NCBI RefSeq assembly: GCF_037042905.1
Contig: NC_087245.1
Location: 42,038,001 to 42,102,000, forward strand
From: Lytechinus pictus
Taxonomy: Eukaryota
DNA length: 64,000 nt
Reading direction: 5' to 3'
A program made the position numbers and the translations under genes. This document shows positions 35,501-48,567 of the stretch, one piece after another (positions within the stretch are counted from its first letter, which is position 1; each line of letters opens with the position of its first letter). Under the pieces are notes generated by a model that was given only the letters and a program-made list of their open reading frames with translations, was not told the DNA's origin and made no database searches.

Positions 35501-38500
35501 ACTTCATGTGGCTGGGATAGATTGTCACTCGTTCTGTTAGATGTAATTTTTATCTCATTAATTTGACAAAATTACGAAACTCGGGGAATTATTTATCTAT
35601 ATAAAAATATAGTAACATCTCGTATTATTTTTAAATTACGATAAAACCTTTTAAAAGCTCGTATATGTGATCGTAATCAAAATCACAAACATGCCGTATT
35701 GCTTGCTCGCCTTGGCTGAGAGAGTAGATCTATGCACGTATTGCACAGCTCTCAATCAAGCTACGCATGTTGGGGATCTTTTACATCTAATTTTAATTTA
35801 CCTCAACGTTTTCCTTCAAAAAACGTTTTATCGTAATTTAAATTTTTTTTTTTGATGAGTTACTTCCTGCCATGTATTTAGTTGAGTGCAGCAATGAAGG
35901 TCAATTTATTCCTGAAGGAAATTAGGCCATGGCTGGGATTCGAACCCATGACCATCTGTTTCAAAGTCCAGATACCAATCTGCAGGGCCACAACGCTCCG
36001 CTTTCTACTTTGACAGAGTTTACGTACTTTGAATGATATAAATACCTATGCAGTTAATTTCTTTCTGGGATTGATTAAGCTCTTTACCCTTTATCCTGTT
36101 TAATTTGCACCAGTTCTTTGTAGAATTCCTGACTATCCGGCTCATCTGATCGAGTTGACGGATCGATCGGATGCTACTGATTGCTCTTCACAAGCGCTTA
36201 TTCTCCAAGACGGTAAATGCAGTTTCACATGCGAGGATGGCTTCAAACGAGTGGGTGAATCTGTTGTAAGATGTTTAGAAAATGGAAACCTAAATTCTTC
36301 TCTGCCTAGTTGCCATGGTAATATCGTTCCCTTGGTTTTCTTTACTTTATTTTCATTCTCAAAGTGTATATGAAGAACCATTTCATAGACGATCCATATT
36401 AGGTTTTTTAGCAAATAACTGCAAGGTATGATTCTGATTATGGACCCCATGGAAGAACAGTATAGTCATGTCGACTAAACTGAAAATGGGTTATCCATCC
36501 GTTTTGCTTTTTTGTGTTTTTTATACGGAAAATGAATACTATACTATACTATACTCTCCGACCAGTACTCGATTAGATGCAAAGCTGAACGCTTTTGTTG
36601 TTCGCTTGCATAACGTTCGACCTTCACTTAAAGTCATACATCTTCTCCTAAAATGAAGCAAAGAAAAATATATCCAATCAAAATATAAAGTGCATTTTTT
36701 TTACTTTCAGCAGTAAGGTTGGGTTTTAGTGTTGGGATTTTTGTTAAGTAAGTGAACTTAAACCCTTTCTTCTTATTGCATTTGTCAAGCACACCTAATG
36801 TTGAAGTTGACCGGCGTGCTAACAATCTGTGAATAATGAATTTAAGATAATCATGAACAGATGAACACTTCCAAGCATAACTTTTGGAGAGGAAAAATAT
36901 GGAACGAATAGCCATTTGGGGGGAGAAAGAAGTGGAATAATAACCGGCTACTCCACCTCAAATGTTTATTGTTTTGATTTGAACTAAAATGGTCTTATCA
37001 AAAATGATTTTCCTCCAGTTGCATGTGATGTCCCATTGCCACCGGTGTCCTTAGTTTCAATAGAGGGTAATTGTTTGGACGAGGATCGTGTGGTACTGGA
37101 GGGGCAAACGTGTACCTTTGGATGCCAGGAGGGGTACATGCTGATGGGAGAATCTTCTCTGACGTGTGGATCAGATGGTGGATCGCTATCTCTCCCTGAG
37201 TGCCAAGGTAATAATATCACAGTCTCTGTAGCGAAAGGTTGGGTGACGGCGCTTCGCGGTTTAAGGGGAACCCTACCCTTCGTCCAACATCCCCCCTTAT
37301 GGGTTTGTTTAAAGGGTGCATGTATCGAGACTTTTTATTTAATCGCCATTCTAATTAGTTTCACTGAGTTCTGAATTTCTATCCAACCTTTAATAAGCCA
37401 TTTTAAGGAGGCTATCGTCCGGAATAGTTTATTACCACTTGGTCTACAGTGTAGGACAGCCATTTGGTCTAATATGCAATTGGTCTAACGTAATTCGGTC
37501 TAATATCAGTTGGTCTAATAACCAGCCTCTATATGATTTCGTCAAATCACTGCACAAGGAGACCATGCCAGCCGGAATACATTTTTAAGGTATGAAGGTC
37601 CCATAATATCAGAATCGCCGTTCTCTTCAAAAACTGTCTACTTACATAATGATCTGATCGGTATTCAAGGGGCTCTGTGCTTCAAATATTTTTGTTTGCT
37701 TGGTCCCTACTGTTTATTTTCATCTGCAAAATGTAACACTATTTTTGTGAATGTGAATGTCATTCTACATGTTGAAGTAAGTAAAACAAACAATCCATTC
37801 TTATCTGACTTACCGGGCTATAATTTTGATTGAGTTAGCAGCAGAATCAATTATTTTGATTTTATATCAAGGATAAACCACCACCATGCGTCGAAAACTA
37901 TTATTCGATCCTATGTATTTCTTTCATTTAATTGCAGTTGTTGTTTGCGATATACCAGCCCTACCATCTGATCTCATGACTAGGCCTATCGATATTGGAT
38001 GCCAAGGCTTATCGACTATCGAATATAGTATTACGTGTGAATATTACTGCCAGGCCGGTTACATCCTCAGTGGTATGGATCAATTATCGTGCAATGCCAA
38101 GGGACAATTGACCGGGAATCTGCCTTCTTGTGAAGGTAAATATACATGTAGTTCAGTGGTGCAGCGGGGTCTGATCTGGGATGATGAAAAGGCGGGATAT
38201 GCATGATATTCCGCAACACATTAAACTTTAATCCCCATAAGGTGGTGCTAGGTTGAGTGGACGAGTTATACAATCTCCAATACAGAAACAACAAATAAAA
38301 AATGAAATGTGTGTTTGTCTAGCTGTTTCTTGTTCAGCAGCGACCCCGGAAGGCTAATGTACTGAGAATGGCGATAATGATGGCGCTGATCATGGTGATT
38401 GAGATGATGGTGATGATGGTGGTAGTGGTGGTGGTGGTGAAGATGATGATGATGATGATGATGATGAGGACGATGATGATGATGATATGATTATGATGGT

Positions 38501-41500
38501 AATGATGGAGATGGTGATGATGGTGGTGATGACGATGATGAGGTAGTAAAGTAGTCTTTTTACACAAACATTCCTAGAACTTCCGAATGATGATGATAAT
38601 GATGATCATAACGACGGCGACACAAGTCCTGATATCGACGCCACAGACGACGTCAACAGTGATGACGACAAGATAACGACAACAGAACCTTCAACAATGG
38701 GGTCGACAGAAAGCACCACGAGTTATGCGGGTTTGACGACGATGGAGGTCGTGATGATTGCCGGCGCTGTCCTGGGATTCGTTGTCGTTATCAATGTGGT
38801 AATCATCGCACTCTGCTGTAAGCCAACCTGCTGTCGAAGTGGTAAAGAAGAGCGGGAACAACCACCGATGCCAATAGTCTTAGAGTCCATAAACGTGCCG
38901 ATTGAAGTTGAAAATGTAAGCTTTTTATACAATGTGTACTGTCTATATTGGAATGTGAGAGTATAAGGATATGAATTTGTGTATAAGGGGTGCATGTATG
39001 GGTGTATTTGTCAGATATTACACACATAAAATGGAGAGTTAAAGGGATCGTTTCACTTTGTGAGCAGCTGATTTTTAAAATTCTCAAATGAGATGAAACA
39101 TGTGTATGAGTGCCTGTATTTGTCCTAAAAAACCATGAAATAGACCACAATATAGGATGAAAAAGTCTAATTTAGATACAAGAAGCAATTTATTAGCCTG
39201 ATTTTGAGAACCCGTCTGTAAGACGAGTTTAGCTTATTACCAGTTTTCTCCAATTCAATAAGTCCGTTGGCTGTGTCTGCTGTGTGTATCTCATACGTGT
39301 ATGCACACACTATTATTAGCTGCACTGGACATTCAGTGTACCTTGTACACACTGTATGTACGTCATGATGTGTTCATCTATAGTGTATGTGCTGTGGTGC
39401 ACAGATTCACTGTATACACATAGTCATTGGAACCAACCCCCAATTATTTTCAAACCTTGGTTTACATCTCCATTTTTTTAAATAGTTCCTGTAGATATGA
39501 TACTTTGAAACTTTTGGGATGGTATTTTAACACTATAAGCCTATAATGTTTAGCCCATTTTCAAGAACCTAAATGATAATTGTTTAAGTCAGAACAAAGT
39601 GAAATGGAGCGGTTTGAAAGGGGGGGGGCTGACCTTGCAAAAAAAAATCACATTTTTGTACACGGTTTTGGAAAAGTGGGGGACCCCTTCCCCCCCCCCC
39701 TCCGGTTCCGCGGCCCCTGATAAAAAAAAATCACAAATATTATTAACAAATTGCATATCTTAGAGTCGCTCCTTTTATCATTAAACGATGGCATTTCCGA
39801 TGTAGCCCTATCTGAGTCGAGCGAACTACCTGTTCCCGAAAAAGTGAATCCCTACCCCGGGATCCCTACACATTTGAAATGTCGACTTTTGGGGGAATAT
39901 TATTGATACCATTTTGTTTTACTTAAAAAAGAATTAACAATAACTAGTTTTGTTTCCATTTTTAAGTATGGTTCCGCTATATTCCATTCTTGAAGATTTT
40001 TTATATTTTATTATTTTCCTTTACGAAATTAATTCCTAGCGTTATGGACCCGGTCCATCTGCTGATGCGCTGAGAGCAGATGAAACGCCGTCGTCTTCCG
40101 AAAAGTACGATAAATATAAATTCCCGGTAGGACGACTTCGCGGGCTCCACTTAGCAAAGAATCTCATTGGCGGCGGGTCGTTTGGTCAAGTTTACCGCGT
40201 CGAAGCGGTTGGGATCATTGACGGTCAAGACAGGACTACAGTCGCGGTAAAGACGCTTCGAGGTTTGAATGAATTGAAATTTGTCTGCTTGTTTAGTTCT
40301 CTATTTTATTTCATTTTTGCTTGTTAGTTTTATTGGCATATTCTGCAAGAATCACGTTGTTAAAATTCTATATTGTCTGTCTGATCTTGTGCATTTATCA
40401 AGAGAGTCCTATAATTTTGAAACAGATCGGTTCGACATGGGAAATCAACGGATGCTCTTTCCATGGGGGCTTGTATAAGTGTTTTTTATGTTATTTGAAT
40501 TTCACCTAAGTATAAAAATTGATATAACATAACGATTTTCAAATGCAAGTGAACCAAATATACAGTCTATTCGGTGGACATAACAGCATATGTGTTGCTG
40601 AACTTTTTTTTTCTTTGGTCATACTCATGAAGGTGAGATTTTCACAAATAAATTGTTTTGTAACAGGAAATTCGCATTTTGAAAATTACAGTTTACAGTT
40701 ATTCTGTCTTCTTTATACAGGGTAGCCCTTTCAATTCAATATTGTTTTGCCAAGGGGCCCTGATCTTTGACAGTATTTTCTGATCGTTCAACCTGACTAG
40801 CCAACAATAATTACTTGCCATATTAGTTTTTAATTTGTTGCTTTCTATCTTGAATAACTTTTATACACACAACCCCATTCTTTTTTTTTTTTTTTTTTTT
40901 TTTTGGGGGGGGGGAGCGTCATGCAGTGATCCACAAATTCTGCTAATATCATCCCTTCTCTATTTGAAGATTCGCCCTCAGACCTTGAAAAGGATAATTT
41001 CTCGAATGAACTTGAGATGATGAAAGATATACCACCTCATCCAAATATCATCAAGCTACTTGGGTACAGCACAGCTGAAGACGGTCAGTAACACTTGCAT
41101 AAATGTTATTTTCCCTTTCGTCTCCAATGTTTTCGTCTCGCCTGCATAGCAGAGCGAGACTATATAGGCGCCGCTTTTCCAATGGCGGCGTCGTCAACAT
41201 TGAAATCTTAACCAAGGTTAACTTTTTGAAATGTCATCATAGCTTAGAAAGTATATAGACCTAGTTCATGAAACTTGAACATAAGCCAGTTCGTAGTTCC
41301 AATCTGCGCATGATCAGAAGATTCTGCGCAGTTATTCTGTCTGATCAGAGGAAGGTCATTTGTACTAAAGTGACATGGTGGTTTTAAACTTAGTGAGATA
41401 AGCACCATCCTTGATATCTTGATCATTCATATATTATTTTGAATTGTGCTTTTCATTTACATCCACAAAAAACAATGCGTCCACGAACGACTGGTATTTC

Positions 41501-44500
41501 ACAGTTTGCCAAGTAAATTATACAACATGCTATGATATGCATTCAAAGTAGAAATGCAACAAATACCTTCTTAGACTTAGAGCGTTCAATGGTGTGCTAT
41601 TCTAGTCACCTGATCTTTTCAATTTCTTCATCCTGCTATGTAAGGCATCCTTACATAATATCTTGCTTTGAAATCTGCCTATCTCAATGAAAGAAATGAA
41701 AGGTCATTTGACCAAAATTGTCCATGTAGTAACTACGAACTGGTCTATTACTGAACATCCTGCTTGAGTTTCAGGTCACATGATCAAGGTCAAAAGTCAT
41801 TTAGGGTCAATGAACTAAGACCATGTTGGGGGAATCAATATCGAAATCAAGGTTAAGTTTTGAAATGTCGTCATAACTTCTTAAGTATATGGACCAAGTT
41901 AATGAAACTTGAACATAAGGATAATCAAGTATTACTGAACATCCTGCTTGAGTTTCAGGTCACATGACCAAGTCAAAGTTACTAAGGGTCCATGAACTTT
42001 GACCATGTTGGGGGGTATTTGTGGAATTGTCATCATAACTTTGACATTTATAGATCCAGTTCATGAAACATGAACATAAGAGCAATTAAGTATCCCTGAA
42101 CATCCTGTACGAGTTTCAGGTCACATGACCAAGGTCAAAGGTCATTTAGGGTCAACAAACTTTGATAATGTTGGGGGTATTTGTGGAATTGTCATCATAA
42201 CTTTAAAGTTTATAGATCTAGTTCACGAAACTTGGGACATAAGAGTAACCATGTATCCCTGAATATCTTGTGCTTGTTTCTCGTCACATGACCAAAATCA
42301 AAGGTCATTTAGGGTCAATGAGCTTTGGCCGTGTTGGGGGTATTTGTTTAATTGGATCATAACTTAGAAAGTTTATGGATCTACACATGTAGTTCATGAA
42401 ACATAGACATAAGGGTATTCAAGTATGAATGATTGTTAGCACATGTCTTAGGTCACATGATCATGGTCAAAGGTCATCATGTTGGGTCAAGGACATAATA
42501 TTTTATTATCATATGAGTTTAATCGTTTGTGAATAATTATTTAATAGCTTTTTCCAAAGACAGCATTGCTGCTTTATCGAATCGCGTAATGCAGGCGAGA
42601 CTGCCAGAGGCGTTCCACTTGATATTTTTTAATTTAAAAAGATACTTCGCTGACACAGCGCCATATTTTGTAAGGCACGGTGCAAACTATGGCATCATAA
42701 TCTACACCAACGGCAACCACTATTAACAAAATGCTTGATGACGAATAAATAAGTTTGTACAAGGAGTAAATTGGCTTGTGGGTCTACATTGTCATGATCA
42801 CATGTTAAGGTGACGCCATTTAATATGTAATTTTATCTAAAATAAAGGTTAACATTCAGTACCCGTAGGAGTGTTTCACTTATTTTCAGTTTTGGGCTGC
42901 TAATTACAGGGGCGGTGGTTAATGAGGGCAGATGCATATGCCCCTTTATACTTTTTCTTAATTACCGGGGTAGTGAAAAAGTACAAATAAAAAAGAGGAA
43001 CGAAAAGGGTAAACTATGAAGAAAAGGGAAGAGAGAGAGAGAGAGAACATTTTTTTTCACAAATAGAGGTCTTGGTCGGCATAACTCTTACTGTTGATGT
43101 CATATTTAAGTCGACTTACCCCATCTCCTATCATGCCTATTATCATTCCCTGGCACTGCTCCTGACCCTGTTGTGTCAATTGAAAAGAAATATTCGACAA
43201 TAAAAACATATTTCATGTATATTCTCCGTTTGCATAGGCTCTTCCTACATTATAATGGAATATTGTCCCAATCAGAGCCTGCGACATTGTCTGATGCAGC
43301 TGTCTAAAGAGAATCGTCGGCAGGACGTCTGCGTGTCATCAGAACAACTTCTTCGCTTCGGTGTACAAATCGCCGGTGCTATGGAATTCATTGCTCAAAA
43401 ACAGGTATAAATTGTCAATGATAATGCTAGCTACCCCCCCCCCCCCCCACCGTTGGTAATAATAAAGAAGTTCAAAAGATTTCAGCCAGCCAATAGTAGT
43501 TCACTGTCGTTTGAAACAAATTCGTTATAATCTTGATAATTCCTAAACAGGGGACCACAGGGTGCATGCAACACCCCACCCTCCCCTCGCCCTCCTCTCT
43601 ACCGTCTGGGAACACAAAAACAAAACATTGTAAAATACAAACCGGTTTGAGCCTTTCAGACTTCCTTTTTTGTTTGTTCATTTGTAAACCGCCTTTCGGA
43701 GCGGACAATGTTTTTTTCTTTTTCTTTTCTTTGTGTTTTTCAAATATTCGATGAAGCCAATGCCATACCAGAATGGTCACACCCCCCAAAAAATAAATGT
43801 AAACCGACTGTATTGGTTGTTGAGAATATGAATTTATTTTTTAAGACTTCCATTTGTGACTTTAAATGTCTCTTCCACGGACTGTACAGACATAATTTAC
43901 AAAATGGTAAGTTAACTCAATTATCTTTATGTATTTCTAGATTGTCCATCGGGATCTAGCGGCACGGAACATCCTTTTAGGATTGAGGCTCGAGTGTAAG
44001 GTGGCCGACTTTGGCCTGGCGAGGAGTATGAATGACGATGAGGAATACATTATGATGTCAAGGGTAAAATAATATGAAAGTAAAGAGCATATATCTCTAT
44101 CCGAAGTGAAAACTGCGTACTAATTCGGAGTGATGATATTTTGTCCTTCCCCTTTTTTATTCTTAGTGATGTGCCCCCCCCCCCTGCTGATATCTTGGGT
44201 CTGCTTCTGATTCCACTCAACGACAATTTGGCACAACACTTCAGTGCTCTTTAATGTATTGTATGTGTCATTTTTGTTGTTTTAGTTCAATTAGTACACA
44301 GAATATGGTCGAATATCTGCAGGACACTGGAATAATTTGATCCATTTTCAAAAGTTAGATAATTATGTATTCCAAATGGGTTAGAACTACCCCCCCCCCC
44401 AAAAAAAAAAAATAGTGTAAAATCATGAACACATAGTAGTTCTATTATAGATAATTATGATTAAAATTTCTTAATCTTTTAGCTACATAGTTTGTAAATA

Positions 44501-47500
44501 AGAACGAGGACCTATAACATAGCATTGGGGTAAGTAAAGTAATTTTTAAAAACTATTTGAATTATATAGGAATTGTCGTTATTTTTATCATAATGAATAA
44601 CGGATAATGATGTTTAAAGTGTGAACTATATTGACTGGATTTGTAATTGATTTAGACTATTCGGTATTTTTCGAAATACAAGGTTTTAAAAAAAGTCTTT
44701 CAAAACATATTTCCCACCTCTTTAAAGCACAAACACTTGTTTATAACACCAAGGACTTTCTCCGTTTTTAATTCAGAGCCGTATGCCCATTCGATGGATG
44801 GCGCCTGAATCTCTTAATCATGACGTGTACTCAACGAAGAGTGATGTTTGGTCTTTTGCTGTAGTCATGTGGGAAATCTTGACACTTGGTGAGATCTATC
44901 ATTTCTATCTAAACGACTAAGTTTTCCAATAAATATTTAACAAAAATAGGCGCCATATCCGTCTCGTAAGAGATGCTTAAGGTTCACAAATGAGGGGGGT
45001 TCACAAATGAAGGGGTAAACAAAAATACAAGTTAAAGAGGTTAAGCTTTTAGCTTAATTCTTAAATGTTTCGACACTCTTGCTATCTCAGATCTCTCGTG
45101 GGAGGGAATTCCAGAGTGAGGACCCTGCATGGATGAATGCCCCCCTCCCCCACTTTGTTTTACATTTTGGAACTGTAAGAAGACCAGAGTCACTGGAGCG
45201 TAAATAGATCACGTTCTTATATATTCATTGAGACGAATATACTTTTAAGATAATTTTTGCTAATCCAGTTGGGGTTCTGTCTCTCAATTAAAGTCACCCT
45301 TCATTGATTGCCATCCTTTAAAACATAGAGGGTTATAGACATGTAATTTTACGCATTCATCTCTTGTACCCATGGGTCAAAACGGTTTTGAAAGTGGGCG
45401 GAGCTTAGCCGAAAGTGGGCGGGGAGCCACCATGCAAAAAGACATCACAATCAGATGGTCATTTTCACGTTTTTGTACAGAGGGGGCTGAAGCGCCTCCC
45501 CATCAATTCCGTGAACTCTGATACTAAATAAACAGTTTTAGAATTGTAAAATATAGACCTATGTCTCACCAATACATCATTAACTACGATCTTGAAATAG
45601 CAACTCAAATTTTAAGATTACTCATTTTGTCACAAAATCGGCGTAATACTTTATTTTTCCATGTTGTAAAAGCTAAAGCACTTTGGATCAGTTTCGGGCA
45701 CTGGCGGATCCGGGGGAGGGGTTCACAGCCGGCCCGTGCGCCCCCCCCCCCTTGAGACGGACAATTTAAATTTGTAATGTAAAATGCCGTTAAAACAGAA
45801 ATGTGTTTTGGCTAAAACCCTTTTTTGGGGGGGGTTGTCAAATTTTTCCTCGGGAAAATGTTTAATGAAATTTTTTATAATGTTCACCAAAAATGAGCAC
45901 AAAATCCTTTAAAGGAGAATGAAACTCTTGGAGTAAGTTAACTTTTGTGAAAGCAGAAAAATCAAAGAATAAGATCAACAAAAGTTTGAGTAAAATAGGA
46001 CTAGCAATAGAAGAGTTATGAGCATTTGAATGTCGAGATCACTAATGCTATGGAGATCCTCCCATTGGCAATGCGACCAAGATCTATGATGTCACAGATG
46101 AACAACTCTCCCCTTTTGGACACTGAAAATATACCCCAAAACATATCTTTTTGCTCATTCTAATCATATATGACAAACGATTCATCAATGATATAATGTT
46201 GTGAAACCTCTGTACTTGTCCTCTCATAAAGAGAACACCTCACCTTGTGATAGACTCTATAAAAGTGATAATATAAGTGAAATAAGTACTAAAGTAATGA
46301 GAAAGTTGTACGTGTGTGACATCACAGATCTTGGTCGCATTGCCAATGGGAGGATCTACATGGCATTAGTGATGTCAATATTCAAATGCTCATAACTTTC
46401 TTATTATTTATTCAATCTTCCTCAAACTTTCAACAATATGTTTCTTTGATTTTTCTCTTTGATATGGATTCAGCTGGTTTCAAGGGTTTCATTCTCCTTT
46501 AATTTCACTTTCGAAAATGCAAAAGCGCCCCCATGAGAAGCTCGGTCGCTTCGCTCCTCGCTAGGATAGGAATTAAGTTTCTTTGAAAATTTCAACTCGT
46601 CTTGTCCCCAGGAAAATATTCTGCGTACGGCCATGCTCACTATTTAATCTTCCTGGACTTTCACATAATTTGGTTCATTTTCAATGGGTTCAGGCGTTTA
46701 TTGCGAAGAATATTGGTGGACAAACTTCATAAACAACAAACTTAATTTCAATATCTAATTACCATGGTTTAAACTGTTAAAAAGCTACTGTATAGTGAAC
46801 AGCGTTGTGTTAAATCTCAAATAGCTTTGGACAAAGTAGCGCCGAAAATAAAAGAGTATTCATTTCCCCGTTTGAGGTGAAATGTTACGACTTTGCAATA
46901 TATCTGGCACAGGAGGATAGGTAATCTCAATACACCCCCGCAGTCCGGTCATTCAATATTTCTATCTCTCTTGCCAACCAGGTGCACGCCCTTACACCGG
47001 GATGGACATCCAACAAGTGAAGATGGCGGTAAATATGGGGTACCGATTGCCTAATCCAGAACATTGTAGCCAGGATTTGTGAGTAGATTTGATTAAAAAC
47101 AAATATTCAATTCGACATTTATTTACAAAGGTACATTTCCATTGATACATTTCTAAATGTTACATTAAAATGAATGCGACAATAACAGCCACTTATTTTA
47201 GCAATCAACCAAACGAAGAAATTAAAGTTTTGATAACCTTATATTTACAATATTGTAGGCCATTGGCGTAGTAGTACGCCAAAAAAATCGAACTCTTTAA
47301 TACAAAAGTATGATTTTGTGATAGATTTTGACATAATTTTCAGAAATGACCATCATCTGTGCTTTAATGATCATGATGATGGAGGCCCTTCATTGCTGGA
47401 GATCTCGTTGAAAATGTATACATGTGAACAAATTTGTGTTACAATTGGAACTCGTCACCCTATGAATTGTTTGATTTGTGCCATGTACACTCTTCAAAAA

Positions 47501-48463
47501 TATATCAGTCAAATTGACTAGACCAGTAGTCAGCTGGGTGCAACTGGTATGTCTAGTCACATGCATTTCTGACATATATTCTAGTCAGAAATATCTCTGT
47601 TCTAGCAAAATACGACTAGAAAATAGTCAATTGACTAGAATTTCAGAGTGTAAAGCAATTAAGATGCCCTACAATATTAAGTGGGTGCCTACTCGTAATA
47701 TTGCTGGAGCCACTGTATGTCGGGGTAACCAACCTCGTCTTACCCTCTCCACCCTCAAGAATTGTTTTGTTCCCATTTTTATCCTACCTTTGTTTATAGA
47801 TATAACTTGATGCTAGAGTGCTGGATAGGCAACCCCGTGGGAAGGCCGACGTTTGGCCAAATAAAAGTACGACTAGACGATATGCTGATGACCCCGAATG
47901 TAAGTTTGACTTCAGATGTACTTTTATATTAACCCACTTAAAAGTATTTTACGGTTATTTTCTTTAAATCGGAGAAAGGAATAGATTTTATGGAATTGAT
48001 GGCTAGTAATACTTTTTTAATCGACGCAAGTATGTGGAATTCCTCTTTTTGTTAAAATTGGTTGGCCGGTTTTTCTCTTTTGGAAATTTCTAACCACAGA
48101 AGGCAAAAAATGTAAGTACATGCTTTCGTGATACCAACCATTACTTTTGGTAATGCCTTAATTTTGGCACGGTCTTCCTGATCATCAAATTCACAAACTT
48201 CAAACGATTAAAACAAATCACTCTCTATTCTTCTCTTTCTTTCTCTCTCCACTTCTTTCCCTCTCCCTCTCTCTCCATCCATCTCTCCCTATATTCCATT
48301 CAAGTAGGCCAACATCTTAATGGACAAGTTTGACGGCACTGACTACGATTACATGCCGATGTCCGCTCTCGCTGATGACGTCGACATGAACGTGATGTCG
48401 CCCACGGATACAACTCCCAACTTTGATACGCATGGTCTATATAAGATACCAGCTCCCATGTGA
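29584..48463 (+). CDS. Receptor tyrosine kinase with CUB, EGF and 3 Sushi/CCP extracellular domains, 16 coding exons, 872 aa
   Basis: Exons: 29584-29662 (signal peptide [24 protein letters not shown]), 31935-32285 (CUB), 33435-33503 and 34515-34613 (EGF-like), 36114-36317, 37019-37207 and 37938-38135 (Sushi), 38578-38915 (Asp-rich stalk + TM), 40040-40262 ([14 protein letters not shown]), 40970-41083, 43238-43404, 43941-44063 ([11 protein letters not shown]), 44777-44888 ([15 protein letters not shown]), 46982-47078, 47800-47899 (CW...RPTF), 48308-48463. All phases are compatible; total 2619 nt. Confidence 0.9.
33115..33384. mobile_element. Foldback MITE in RTK intron 2
   Basis: Imperfect inverted arms of about 93 bp (33116-33208 vs 33291-33383). 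Both strands translate to [14 protein letters not shown]. Confidence 0.8.
38365..38545. repeat. (ATG/GTG)n microsatellite
   Basis: Directly visible, in the intron just upstream of the Asp-rich RTK stalk exon. Confidence 0.85.
39043..39606. mobile_element. TTAA-flanked MITE with a damaged right end
   Basis: TTAA|AGGGATCGTTTCACTTTG ... CAAAGTGAAATG inverted termini. Confidence 0.5.
41132..42621 (+). mobile_element. Helentron-associated / DINE-1-like non-autonomous element with internal ~160-bp tandem repeats
   Basis: SubTIRs GTCTCGCCTGCAT (41135-41147) / ATGCAGGCGAGAC (42589-42601), a 5' self-complementary GCGAGAC, T-rich flanks, and repeat units starting near 41897, 42058, 42220 and 42391. 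An inverted copy of the 5' end lies at about 54972-55141. Confidence 0.75.
45040..45210 (-). mobile_element. L2 LINE 3' fragment
   Basis: Minus-strand translation [26 protein letters not shown] is typical of L2 ORF2 C-termini. Confidence 0.65.
45913..46498. mobile_element. TTAA-flanked palindromic MITE (Kolobok-like), family D
   Basis: TTAA|AGGAGAATGAAAC ... GTTTCATTCTCCT|TTAA, with internal inverted arm GATCCTCCCATTGGCAATGCGACCAAGATCT. Confidence 0.85.
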
Positions 48464-48567
48464 GCTGTGATTCTATACGTACATTATATAAATGATATTT
48501 GTTTGAACTTTAGTGTATTTCTACCGATTATCCATTTTAATTTATTCTCTTTATTAAGTCATACACA

